NCBI RefSeq assembly: GCF_009914755.1
Contig: NC_060929.1
Strand: one strand, 5' to 3'
Source: the human T2T-CHM13v2.0 reference genome, Homo sapiens
Length of the DNA: 64,000 bases
Shown here: positions 1-12,260 of the stretch, piece after piece
How the letters are laid out: each line of letters opens with the position of its first letter
Position numbering within the stretch: the stretch's first letter is position 1
Notes under the pieces: generated by a model
The model's input: only the letters and a program-made list of their open reading frames with translations
What the model was told of the DNA's origin: nothing
Database searches by the model: none
Program-made: the position numbers and the translations under genes

Positions 1-991
1 TGTTCCTTTCCATGTTTAGTGTTTCCTTCAGGAGCTCTTTTAGGGCAGGCCTGGTGGTGACAAAATCTCTCAGCATTTGCTTGTCTGTAAAGGATTTTAT
101 TTCTCCTTCACTTATGAAACTTAGTTTGGCTGGATATGAAATTCTGGGTTGAAAATTCTCTTCTTTAAGAATGTTGAATATTGGCCCCCACTCTCTTCTG
201 GCTTGTAGAGTTTCTGCCCAGAGATCAGCTGTTAGTCTGATGGGCTTCCCTTTGAGGGTAACCCGACCTTTCTCTCTGGGTGCCCTTAACATTTTTTTCT
301 TCATTTCAACTTTGGTGAATCTGACAATTATGTGTCTTGGAGTTGCTCTTCTGGAGGAGTATCTTTGTGGCGTTCTCTGTATTTCCTGAATTTGAATGTT
401 GGCCTGCCTTGCTAGATTGGGGAAGTTCTCCTGGATAATATCCTGCAGAGTGTTTTCCAACTTGGTTCCATTCTCCCCATCACTTTCAGGTACACCAATC
501 AGTCATAGATTTGGTCTTTTCACATAGTCCCATATTTCTTGGAGGCTTAGTTCATTTCTTTTTATTCTTTTTTCTCTAAACTTCTCTTCACACTTCATTT
601 CATGTGTGTGTCTTCCATTTTGTCTTCCATTGCTGATACCCTTTCTTCCAGTTGATTGCATCAGTTACTGAGGCTTGTGCATTCGTCACGTAGTTCTTGT
701 GCCATGGTTTTCAGCTCCATCAGGTCCTTTAAGGAGTTCTCTGTGTTGGTTATTCTAGTTGTCCATTCGTCTAATTTTTTTTTCAAAGGTTTTAACTTCT
801 TTGCCATTGGTTTGAACTTCCTCCTTTAGCTTGTAGTAGTTTGATTTTCTGAAGCCTTCTTCTTTCAACTCGTCAAAGTCATTCTCTGTCCAGCTTTGTT
901 CCGTTGCTGGTGAGGAGCTGCGTTCCTTTGGAGGAGGAGAGGCGCTCTGCTTTTTAGAGTTTCCAGTTTTTCTGCTCTGTTTTTTCCCCAT
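1..991 (-). pseudogene. L1 ORF1p remnant, frameshifted
   Basis: The ORF1 frame is lost after ...KEVKTFEKK at the T-run ~775-783 (track ORF 755..1090 then ends IRRMDN*). Confidence 0.9.
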
Positions 992-1979
992 CTTTGTGGT
1001 TTTATCTACCTTTGGTCTTTGATGATGGTGATGTACAGATGGGTTTTTGGTGTGGATGTCCTTTCTGTTTGTTAGTTTTCCTTCTAACACTCAGGACCCT
1101 CAGCTGCAGGTCTGTTGGAGTTTGCTGGAGGTCCACTCTAGACCATTTGCGTGGGTATCAGCAGCGGTGGCTGCAGAACAGCAGATATTGGTGAACCACA
1201 AATGCTGCTGCCTGATCGTTCCTCTGGAAGTTTTGTCTCAGAGGAGTACCCAGCTGTGTGAGGTGTCAGTCTGCCCCTACTGGGGAGTGCCTCCCAGTTA
1301 GGCTACTCAGGGGTCAGGGACCCCCTTGAGGAGACAGTCTGCCTGTTCTCAGATCTCAAGCTGTGTGCTGGGAGAACCACTACTCTCCTGAAAGCTGTCA
1401 GACAGGGACATTCAAGTCTGCAGAGGTTATTGCTGTCTTTTGTTTGTCTGTGCCCTGCCCCCAGAGGTGGAGCCTACAGAGGCAGGCAGGCCTCCTTGAG
1501 CTGGGTGGGCTCCACCCAGTTCGAGCTTCCCAGCCGCTTTGTTTACCTACTCAATCTTGGGCAATGGCGGGCGCCCCTCCCCCAGCCTCGCTGCCACCTT
1601 GCAGTTTGATCTCAGACTGCTATGCTAGCAATGAGTGAGGCTCTGTGGGCGTAGGACCCTCAAAGCCAGGTGTGGGATATAATCTCTTGGTGTGCCGTTT
1701 GTTGAGCCCATCGGAAAAGCACAGTATTAGGGTGGGAGTGACCCAATTTTCCAGGTGCCGTCTGTCACCCCTTTGTTTGACTAGGAAAGGGAATTCCTTG
1801 ACCCCTTGTGCTTCCCGGGTGAGGCAATGCCTCGCCCTGCTTCAGCTCACACATGGTGTGCTGCACCCACTGTCCTGCCCCCACTGTCCGGCACTCCCTA
1901 GTGAGATGAAGCCGGTACCTCAGTTGGAAATGCAGAAATCACCCATCTTCTGTGTTGTTCACGCTGGGAGCTGTAGACT
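1..1979 (-). mobile_element. LINE-1 (L1PA family) 5'UTR + ORF1; continues beyond the left edge of the window
   Basis: Minus-strand translation gives MGKKQSRKTGNSKKQSASPPPKERSSSPATEQSW (L1 ORF1p N-terminus, ATG at 991-989). 992-1979 is typical L1PA 5'UTR, lacking roughly the first 40 nt. Confidence 0.97.
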
Positions 1980-1980
1980 C
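1564..1980 (+). pseudogene. L1 ORF0 (antisense ORF of the 5'UTR) interrupted by TGA at 1636-1638
   Basis: MAGAPPPASLPPCSLISDCYASNE* is followed in the same frame by VGVGPSKPGVGYNLLVCRLLSPSEKHSIRVGVTQFSRC, matching the primate L1 ORF0 peptide. Confidence 0.85.
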
Positions 1981-2110
1981 AGAAATGCAAATTTTAAATC
2001 CCCACCCCTGAGGCACTGCATCATAAACTCTAGGGGAGGCCTCAACGAGCTGTGTTTTAACAAGCCCTCCTAGTGATACTGATGCAAGCTGGAGCTGGAG
2101 AGCTGCTAGA
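1981..2110. mobile_element. MER5A-like hAT-Charlie fragment abutting the L1
   Basis: agaaatgcaaatt...ctgtgttttaacaagccctcc..gtgatactgatgca resembles the MER5A consensus. Confidence 0.7.
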
Positions 2111-2264
2111 AGACCTTCAGGAGCAGAAAGAGTGACTTGGGTTTAATGGTTGGTTTGATGTCCGATCTTGGCCAGCCAGCTTTTTCTCCCCCAAAAGAGT
2201 GCTCATGGAAGCCAAAAGTGATCTGAGCATCTCTGTGTGCATCAAGAATCTACAGGGTTTGTCT

Positions 2265-2278
2265 GGGATTTCCCGGAA
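2265..2278. promoter_or_regulatory. Overlapping NF-kB (GGGATTTCCC) and STAT/GAS (TTCCCGGAA) motifs
   Basis: Exact consensus matches at 2265-2274 and 2270-2278 in non-repeat DNA; motif only. Confidence 0.35.
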
Positions 2279-4329
2279 TACAGGGCGGTAAGTAGAAAAT
2301 GCTGTTAGATGCCTTCTGTTTGGCTCCCTGTGGTCTTGCCAAGGTTTAAGTGGCACCCAGATTTTTCATAAATGGAAATAGAGATGTCAGCAAACCTGTG
2401 ATGAACCATGAACAGTGATCCAGCTTGTATAAGCTGTGCCGAGACCCCCAGAGCAGCTGCTTTTTGTATGTTTCTACCTACAAAGCTGTCAATGCAGCAA
2501 TTTTGCCAGTTCCGATTTTACATGAGAAAGCCAAAACCCAACCATTTATATGATTCATATCTTTTATTACTAGAACTTTACCAAATTAAATGTTCAATAA
2601 CTAAAATAACAAATTCTCTGCCTCTCTGTATGTTTTTCACCTAGTAAATACTTCAGTCTCCGTCATTTCCCTCCTCCCTTCCTCACTTGGTTCTTGTTTT
2701 TCTTCTTTATGGCAGGCTGTGTTCATGTGACAGCTATTTTACATTGATATAAACATGCACCCCACTCCAACTGAATAAATGTCAAGAGAACAGCAGGAAG
2801 CCTGTTTCTTCCTGTTACATCCTATCCCTGCTATCAATGTGTGTGCCCACTAATGACAAGCAACATTTGCGGAGGCCATACCTGGAAGGTTGTCCACATT
2901 CCAAGAGAGACCAGGGATAAGAGAGGTCTGAGTTATAAACCCAGAGTGGACTTTCCTCAGCAATAGTTGGTCACAACATTATAAACACCTGCTTTCTGTT
3001 TATATTGTCAGTGTGTTTACGGAGGCCAGGGTAAAAAACCAGAGACTGCTAAGAGGGGAAGAGATGTGGAGGAATAGGGTGGTGGAAGGGGAAGACCTGA
3101 ACTCGCATCAGCAACCCTGAAGCAATGTCTCCATAATTCAGTGGTTTGTGATTTGGAGAGAGACCACCAACACTTCCGGATTTTTTAAACAAAAAGCATG
3201 ATATTGGTCTGAAGTGTCATATTTCCAGGTGGTGCCCTGTGAGCAGAGGGTTAACTGTTTAATAAAGTTTTTCTCTTTTCATTGAAGGCAGCTGATTTCA
3301 GACTTTAACCCTGAAATCTCTGCTTTTTTCCCTGTGATCTGGAGGAAAGAAAGAGGGAAGGAGGGGGAAAATGCCATAATTTAGATATTCATAAATTCTA
3401 AAGGGAGTCCTGAATACATGTTCTCACTGAAAAATTAACACTAAAACCTTGAGGTGTGGTTTTCTCCAGCTGGAAAGGGCTCGGGAGGCTCTCCTGTGCA
3501 TTTTCCCTCAATTCCTGGCTGGAGGGCTTGGGGCCAAATAAGGAACCAGTCCTTGTTCCACTGCTTAAGTGATGCCTGTTGACAGCCTGTGTGAAGTAAA
3601 CTTTGGGTTTGTGGGTGAAAGTGGGCCTCTTCCTATAAACCTCTCCCTGGCAGTTAAAGAAAACACAATCTCTTATGAATAGACCAATTTGGGTTGGCCT
3701 TTACCTGGATGGCAGAATTCATTCTCTAGTGAATTGTTTTTTTTTGTTTTTTTGTTTTGTTTGTTTGTTTGTTTGTTTTTAACCAAACTCCATGTGCTAA
3801 ATAAAGGTCAGTGGAACAGTAGGCAGCCTGTTTCATTCTATTATGTCTCTGTCTTGCTACAAACCAGTTTAGCCTCCAAATCTTCCTGACAATACAAGGC
3901 TTTGAGGGTGGTGCTGCCACAGAGCTCTGCATGGCAGGGCTGTCCTGCTGTTCTATTAAAAGTCAAGTTTCTGAACAGCATCAGGATCCCGTGGAAGCTG
4001 GGGTGAGTGAGATTGTAGCTAAACTGTGGGGCAGGGTCTGACTCAAGCTGTTGGAGGGTCTTGTGCCCCCACTGGCATCCCCAGCATGGAAACCTCCCCA
4101 CTAAACAAAATTCTGGGGCTGGGGGTTGTGGGTTGGCAGGGAGTTGTTTGGGAGAAAAGATCCAGTACATAGTTAATGTAAAGATGGTACATGGGTTATG
4201 AAATGGAGGGCATTCCTAAAGATATGGGGGCCCCAGAGCAAATCAGTGTGTTATTTCCCCATATAGTTTACCATGTACAATTAATTACATTAGAGTGAAT
4301 TACAGTAGGAGCCCTGAAGGTAACACATA

Positions 4330-4570
4330 TAGAGCACATGCTATGTGCCTAGGCATTGTTCATAATATACATGCGAATTGTCTCTCCTGTCCTTAATACT
4401 ATGGATTCTCTCATTTGATCCTCTTAATAATCCTCTCATGCAGACACTCTTATTGTCCCCAATTTTACAGATGGGTGAATGAAGTTTAAGTAATGTGCCT
4501 GGGGTCACACGAGTAATTTAAGTGGAAAACCAGGCGATTCTAAATTAGGTGCTGTAAACCTAGCCTTTAA
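4330..4570 (-). mobile_element. MIR SINE
   Basis: ccccaattttacagatgggtg...gtttaagtaatgtgcctggggtcacac MIR core. Confidence 0.75.
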
Positions 4571-4589
4571 GCTTGACTACTATTAAGAA

Positions 4590-4750
4590 TGAATCTCAAA
4601 GTTTAATGGGCAACGAATCATCTAGAGATCTTGTTAATAGCAGAAATGGATTCCTAAGGTCTGAGGTAGGACCTGGGATTCTGCATTTCTGTCAGGCTCT
4701 CAGGAGCTGATGGTGCTGCTGAGCTGCTCCAGGCTTCTGGCCACCTCTGG
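4590..4750. mobile_element. MER5-family DNA transposon fragment
   Basis: gaatcatctagagatcttgttaa...ggtctgaggtaggacctgggattctgcatttct. Confidence 0.6.
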
Positions 4751-5266
4751 GTAAGAGGAAAACAATTGGCCCAAGGGCCCCGGGCCTGGCCTCCTCTCTC
4801 TGAGCAGTGTGTTTCCCATTGCCCCACCTGTCCTCCCCTCCCTGAAACCCAGGAAGGAGACAGGGAAAAGAACATCTGGAATTTTCACTGTGACACTTAC
4901 TCCTAGACTTTGGAGAAGGCCTCTGCATCCATGGCCATGCATCCCACCCCCTTCCTGTCTTCATGACCCTAGGGGCCAGAGTGTCCAGCAGCAAGAACAT
5001 CAAAGCTGTACTGCATAAGGCTGTTGATTTCCCAGCCCCAACCCCACCCTTGTCTCTGTTCTGATAATTTAAACTACATCTTACAGCCACAAGAAAACAT
5101 TTTTGTGCATTTCTCATCTGTACTACTAGTGTAATGGAAACCACCCTGGATTAGAAGGCAGGGGCTTGAGTTCCATCCCTAGTTCACATCTTTTTTTGCT
5201 CAGAGGCTAGAAGCTTAACCTTTCTAGGCCTTTGTTTTCTCTATTTTTAAATGGAGCTAGTAAAAC

Positions 5267-5653
5267 TCATATGGCTTGGGTCTGTGGCCCCACCCAAATC
5301 TCATGTCGAATTGTGATCCCCAGTGTTGGAGATGGGGCCTGGTGGGAAGTGATTGAATCATGGGGGTGGATTACCCTTTTGGCACTGTTCTCATAATAGA
5401 GAGTGAGTTATTGTGAGATCTGATTGTTTAAAAGTGTGTAGCACCTCCCCCCTCTCTCTCTTCCTCCTACTCTGGCCATGTGAAGACATTCGGCTTCCTC
5501 TTTACCTTCTGCCATGATTGCAAGTTTCCTGAGGCCTCCCCAGCCATGCTTCCTGTATAGCCTGCAGAACCATGAGCCAATTAAACCTCTTTTCTTTATA
5601 AATTACCCAGTTTCAGGTAGTTCTTTATAACAGTGTGAGAATGGACTAATACA
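5267..5653. mobile_element. MSTA/MaLR solo LTR with 5-bp TSD AAAAC
   Basis: t(c)atatgg..ccccacccaaatctcatgtcgaattg...aatggactaataca; AAAAC at 5262-5266 and 5654-5658. Confidence 0.9.
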
Positions 5654-6127
5654 AAAACGAATCCCCAATATGTAGCCTAGGGATACTCTAAGGACTAAGA
5701 AACTTGCATTTATGAAACAATTTGAGCTTCCTTGGAAATAAGTGCTCATTATGGTAATGTGTAAATAATAGTATAGGTATTGCCAAAGTCTATGAATGCG
5801 TTCTGTGGCATTCAGCAACTTATTAGGCTTAATGAACAGTTCTCCTTCTGTTTGGTTTTAAAAACCTTACTCATTACAGCATTTTCCTGAAGTAGTCAAA
5901 GGAAGTGGCTTGCTTGAAATTCATATTTGATTTCATCATCAGTGAAATCCCACTCCAGTGCCAAGACACTGCATTTCTAGAGACCGAATTCCCTATGGCC
6001 AACTCAAGCTGTAGTATCAGTGAGTGGCCGGGCTTCTATACATAAACAGGCAAAAAACGGGACAATTCCATTGGCTGTACTAGAGGCAGACACCCTGTAA
6101 TGGAACCCAAACTGCTTCTTTGTTTCC

Positions 6128-6137
6128 CTAAAAATAG
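6128..6137. promoter_or_regulatory. MEF2 consensus site CTAAAAATAG
   Basis: Exact motif in unique sequence; motif only. Confidence 0.25.
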
Positions 6138-7204
6138 CCCGTCATTTGGTGAGTTCCAGACAGGTTCATATTCCCATCGCCAGTTTGGGGGAGGCGGGGC
6201 TGGATTCGTTAGAACAGCAAGAAAAAGTTTTCCCAGCATTCTGGGAAGGAATGTAGGCTGAAGAATGTGTGTGACAGGCACTTTCAATTTCTATCCAAAG
6301 TGCCACTTTGCATTTCCTCTACAATGTGTGGGAAAATTGTTTTTTTGTCTAAGGGCACGATTGCTTTATTCAGAAAAGTAGACATTCGCCTGGAGCATTG
6401 TCTGCCTGGGAGTCGGGCAATCACGTTGTTGAGACGGTGATTTCTCTTGTACATGGAATGTCTTAACAATCTTTCTATGACTTCATTACAAAGTTATGTT
6501 TTTACTTCCCCTGTCTCTTGGCATACAGCATGGAGTTCTCCTGCCTTTTCCTATTTGATTTTCATTTGTTCCCCTGCTGAATGCATTGCAAAGTGAAGGG
6601 TTCACATTGCTGGTGATAAGGCTGTGGAATCAGAAATCACTGATAAGCATGGGGCAGGGCTGCACAAATCTAAATGCACTAAGAGACCTGAAGGGTTGGT
6701 TGGTTTGTTTCCTGCCACACAGATTATCTTTCAATTTCATGTAAAGAGGTGAAATGGTATGTGGGGTTTACAATTCACCAAATGTCCCTCAATCTAATCA
6801 GTCACCCCTCACACAGACCATCCCCTAAAGGCTGGTATATCTGGCTGCTCTGGTCTGCTTTTCTCGTTTGTTGCCCACCTTTTCTAGGTTTCCTCTATTT
6901 CCTCTTCCCTCCACTTCCTCTCTTTTTCTTCTTTTAAGTCTTTACTTTGTGTCTGGGACAGCCTCCCACTTTCCTCCCCACCTCACTTAAGACTGAAGTC
7001 AAGATGTTCTCCTCTAGTAAATCTGACTACTAGTCAGATTTATATCTAGATGTAATCCACTATGCAATCCCAGCATGCCCACCTCATTTTTCCTTTCCCC
7101 TCTAGTTTCTAATTATCTTTAAAAAAAAGTCAGAATTGGCTATTACCTCTCTTGATAGGTGTGAATCCAATATAGTGTTCCAAATATGAAAATATGCCTC
7201 TTTT

Positions 7205-7539
<335 letters not shown>

Positions 7540-8221
7540 CTAAATTGACCAGTGCTGTCTACTACCCAGTTCCCATTTTGCCCTCTCCAGAGAGCAACAC
7601 ACTTAAGGGCCCAGGGAGGATTGGTTTATTTCAAAGTTCAAGATGCCCCATTCTTTATGGACACCCAGAATTGGACTCTTTCTGGTGTAGCTTTCTCAAC
7701 TTGCTGGCTACTGCAGGGAAGTATGGGTTTCACCACCCGCTTCTTGATGGCTGTTTGACCTTGACCTTGCAAAACAGGAATGATAGTATATACCATGTGG
7801 GATTGTTGTTAAGGCTAAGACAAAATAATTTATGTAAAATATGCAGCACGGAGTCTGGCATATATTAATGGAAATGAAAATTTGTTAATTCTTTCATTTG
7901 TCAAATACCTACAAAGCATGTAAAGAAGTTCCATTTATGACATGAAAATGCCTTTGCCCACTACCCCCCAACCCCACTCACAGCCACTCCTCATTCTATA
8001 GGGAATGATTTCAATTCACAAATCAATTCTCCCTTCTCCACTGTCAACTTTTATTTTTGGCCCTGGAAGCCGATACATTCCAGCATCCTAGCTAGAGCTG
8101 GCTATGACTCTTTACCAGTGAAGAACCATAATAATCATTGTTGTTATGAGATGGACAAAAGTCCTCTCCTGATTTTTGGGGAAGACTTTGTCTATATGGC
8201 TTTGGAATGCTCTGTTTTTAC

Positions 8222-8443
8222 ATTTCTTTCTTTTTTAATTATACTTTAAGTTTTAGGGTACATGTGCACAACGTGCAGGTTAGTTACATATGTATACATG
8301 TGCCATGTTGGTGTGCTGCACCCAGCAACTCGTCATTTAACATTAGGTATATCTCCAAATGCTATCCCTTTCCCCGCCCCCACCCCACAACAGGCCCCAG
8401 CGTGTGATGTTCCCCTTCCTGTGTCCATGTGTTCTCATTGTTC
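8222..8443 (-). mobile_element. Short 3' fragment of L1PA
   Basis: T-rich tail, then ttatactttaagttttagggtacatgtgcacaacgtgcagg (L1PA 3'UTR, antisense). Confidence 0.93.
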
Positions 8444-9627
8444 TACCCACAAAGAGTTGGTTGACATAAAGCATACAAAATAGTTTGCATTTCCTTTACC
8501 TTAAGAGGTCTTCTCTCACGTATTCAACTCAGTGCATTTGGTAAGGTATATTTTTAAGAAAACTTTTCCAACAGTGGAGGCAGCTGCTGGAAAGTTTTTT
8601 TTTTCATCTTAATAAAAACACTCAGGACACTGCCCTGGTCTCTCGTGAATGTATTCTTGCTGGTAATATACTTTGGAGGCACTGTTTTACTTTCATTTTA
8701 AGTGCTTTGGACTTTAGGGAATTGAGTCTTGTTTTATTTTGATTTGTTTTAGTTTAGATGTGTGTGTGTATTTGGCAGGGGGTGGAGGGGTGTTTCATTG
8801 CCTGCCAACCAGCCTGTCCTCTTCCCATTTTCTCACCTTTACTCTTTTCTATCTATCTTTTCTTAAGGCTTCTTTTCCCAAAGGAATGAACAATATCTAT
8901 ATACTTCTCAAACACTCAGTAAGATTCAGCCCCTATCAAACTCTAGAACATCCTTCTTGGTAATTTAAAATAAGGATGCAGAGAGTATGGTCTCACATAA
9001 TGAGCCCTGTCCAAGTTCTAAATCAGTTAATTCAATGGTCAATATACTGACCACATGCAGGTCAATTGCTCCATAATCACTAGCCCTTGATGTGATTTGA
9101 TTTACCTAGATTGACCATTTTGGCCTAACAACTTAACTGTTCTGCAATTTAATATATTGTTTTTCTATCATTAATTATGACTGTGGAAATAGCCAATTAG
9201 AGAAGAAAACTATTCAATAGGGATACTAGGAGGACACTTCTAAATCTCTCTGTCAAAATCACTTTCAGCTGGAACAAATGTACACTAAGGCTCTGAACAA
9301 AATTCCTGAGCTGATCACTTTTGATTGATTTGACTGCTTAATTTAGTCAAAGTACCTACCAATTTGATCAGGTGGCCAATTTGACTGATAATGTATATCT
9401 GACACTGCATGTACCCAACAGTGCATTCAAAATGGTCTCTACAGCAACTGTTTTCACTTATTCATTTACTCATTAATCCAACATATATTTATTGAGCATC
9501 CTACTGCGTTCCAGGGGTTCTGAAAACTGGAGCTACAATAAGAAACAAAATAGTCCTTGCTGTCATGAAGTTATGTTCTGTGGGGAAATAGACCATAATC
9601 AGGAGAGCAAATAATCCATATAGTAAT

Positions 9628-9951
<324 letters not shown>

Positions 9952-10849
9952 CATATAGTAATTTTAACAGAGAGCGGTGCTCTAAAGAAAAAGAATGCAA
10001 AGGGTTGGAGAACAATAAAGAAGATCATTTTATATTAAGTGATGACACTGAGCCAGTCTGCAAAAGTTACATTTGAGTCAGTATGCCAAACCCACTATGT
10101 TGATCTCTTCCTGTCTGTCTACCCATTCTCTTCTGGGAGAAATCCTGGAAAATTTTAGTTTTAAATAAATTTCCCTAATAGCTACAAAAATTACTTCTAA
10201 ACTGGCACAGCATGGCTGTTTCTAGAGCTTTCATTTCTTCAGGTTTTACCAATTGTAGAAGACGGTGTAGATGAGTGATTTTTCTGAAAGCCACAGTTTA
10301 TGATCTCTTCTTTGTCCATTCAAACAGGTCTTCTCTAATTTTTGCTTTCATTTGTGATTTAAGAGACTTTATCTTCCCACAAAATAACATATATTTAAAT
10401 AGAGCTTAAGCAAGTGCTCAGGCAAAAGTCCATTTCAGAATGTAGAGATGAAACAATTATACCACAAATAAAGTGTCTCTTCCTTCCCAATCCTACTTCT
10501 TAAATAACATTTTAGTCAAATCTCCCAAACCTTATTCCAAAAAAGAAAATGTCTTTGAAATTCCTGTAGTTCCAACCATGAAATGTGTCTGTTGTGAGTT
10601 TTTGGTTTCCTGTCAAAGGTTTTTTCTTCCTTACCGAAATCATCTAAATAAAGTATCTGAAGCAATTGGGATTTGCCCACAGTTTGTTTAGTTGAACTGA
10701 GAGCCTAATTGGATTTAGGAGTTTTTCCAAGGGGAGACCATGGTTGCATGAATGAGTCATTGCCTACCTGTGTGGATTCAACATGTATAAAAGAGAAAGA
10801 TGCAGTTCTGTGTGTATATGGAAGCAGATTCCCTCAGGGCCATTCTTCA

Positions 10850-11075
10850 GAAATAATAATAACTAGCATTTATTAGTGCTCTCCAAGTGCCAGGTATTGT
10901 TCTAAAACTTTTTAAAGCTTATTTTTCAAACTCTGTGATTATCTTCCTTTTATAGATAAGGAAACTGAGATGCAGAGAAGTTTAGGAACCATTCCAAGAT
11001 CACACAGCTAGAATGGGCAGAACCAGGAATAGAACCTAAGTTGACCAGATCTGGAACTCACCCTCTTTGCCTCTC
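10850..11075 (-). mobile_element. MIR SINE
   Basis: ttttatagataaggaaactgagatgcagagaagtttagg...ccaagatcacacagctag. Confidence 0.8.
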
Positions 11076-11879
11076 TTTATACAACCTCTCAGTGGCAATC
11101 AATGGGAGTTGCATATGCAGCCAGTGTGTACAAGTGTGACATCATGAGTTGCTTATGTCCTGGCATCCTTCCTGGTTAGTTGGTGGCCCATTCTGATTGG
11201 TAGGTGCCCGTGCCATACTGATTGCTAAAAATTTTGATTCTATGGCAGCTTTAATCCACTTACCACATCTCCAAGCTCTGGCCCTATGTCCTATATCTCA
11301 TTTGCTGCAGAGGCTAACAGGGTGTCAATTTTGCTGCTCAACTGTAGCAGAAATACAGTACAGAAACTGAAAATGTTCTTTGTATTCTTTAAACTGTAAT
11401 TCTTTAAACTTTGTATTCTTTAAACTCATTCTTTAAATGAGTAAGCTGTTTCAACTTACTCATTTGATATATGAGGAAACTGGGGCTCAAAAATGAGAAG
11501 ACATCCCCAGATGCACTCAGCTCTGTCGTTGGTCTAGAACCCAGGTTTCCTAATCACTGGGCATCCTACTGTATACACCTTCTTCCTCCCCTCAACTCCT
11601 TCCATGAACTGTGGCCTCAGAAAAGCTCAGAGTGTAGGCAGAGATTAGGGAGGGGGTTTGAGAAGGGTAACGAAAGATGGAGAAGGAGAGTAACATATTT
11701 GCGACATGGTATCCCGTCAAAGCATTTTGAGATATTTGCCAAAATCATTGATTTCCATGAAACTGCTCTACCATGAAGCTCCTGTGTGGCTTCATTACCC
11801 CTCCCCCAATATATAATATTGATGCTCTCCAGGGGTCTCTTTCAAAGAATACATTCAAGCCTGTTCTCCTGGCCAAATT

Positions 11880-12260
11880 TAACTGACATCACTTTACTTA
11901 CCGATGACACATCAATGATTTATATCTATTTCTAGGCTCCTCTCAAGATATTTCAAGCTGTCTATGGCCTCAATGGCTCCAGCTCAACATATCAAAAAAT
12001 AAAACCCATTATTTCCTCCCCAAATCTAATCTTCCTCCAATATCCCTCCTCCATGACCCCTGTCTTGGTTACCACCAACACCATGAACCTGGCATTTGAA
12101 ACACTATTGCTCTCTAACTCACCTTCTATTAATTGTCAAGACCTATTGATTATACTGATGAAATTGATTATACTGATGATTATACTGATGAAGTCTCTCA
12201 AATCTATCTTCTTCCACCATACATTAATGCAGGCCTCCTTATCATTCTCCTGCATTGAAA
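11880..12260. mobile_element. L2 LINE fragment
   Basis: gatgacacatcaatgatttatatct...ctcaacatatcaaaaaataaaacccattatttcctccccaaatct, typical L2 3' region. Confidence 0.6.

Noticed and set aside
4692-5144. 150-aa minus-strand ORF (and the 142-aa ORF at 7440..7868)
   Set aside because: No recognisable domain or exon structure; lengths are within chance expectation for 64 kb.
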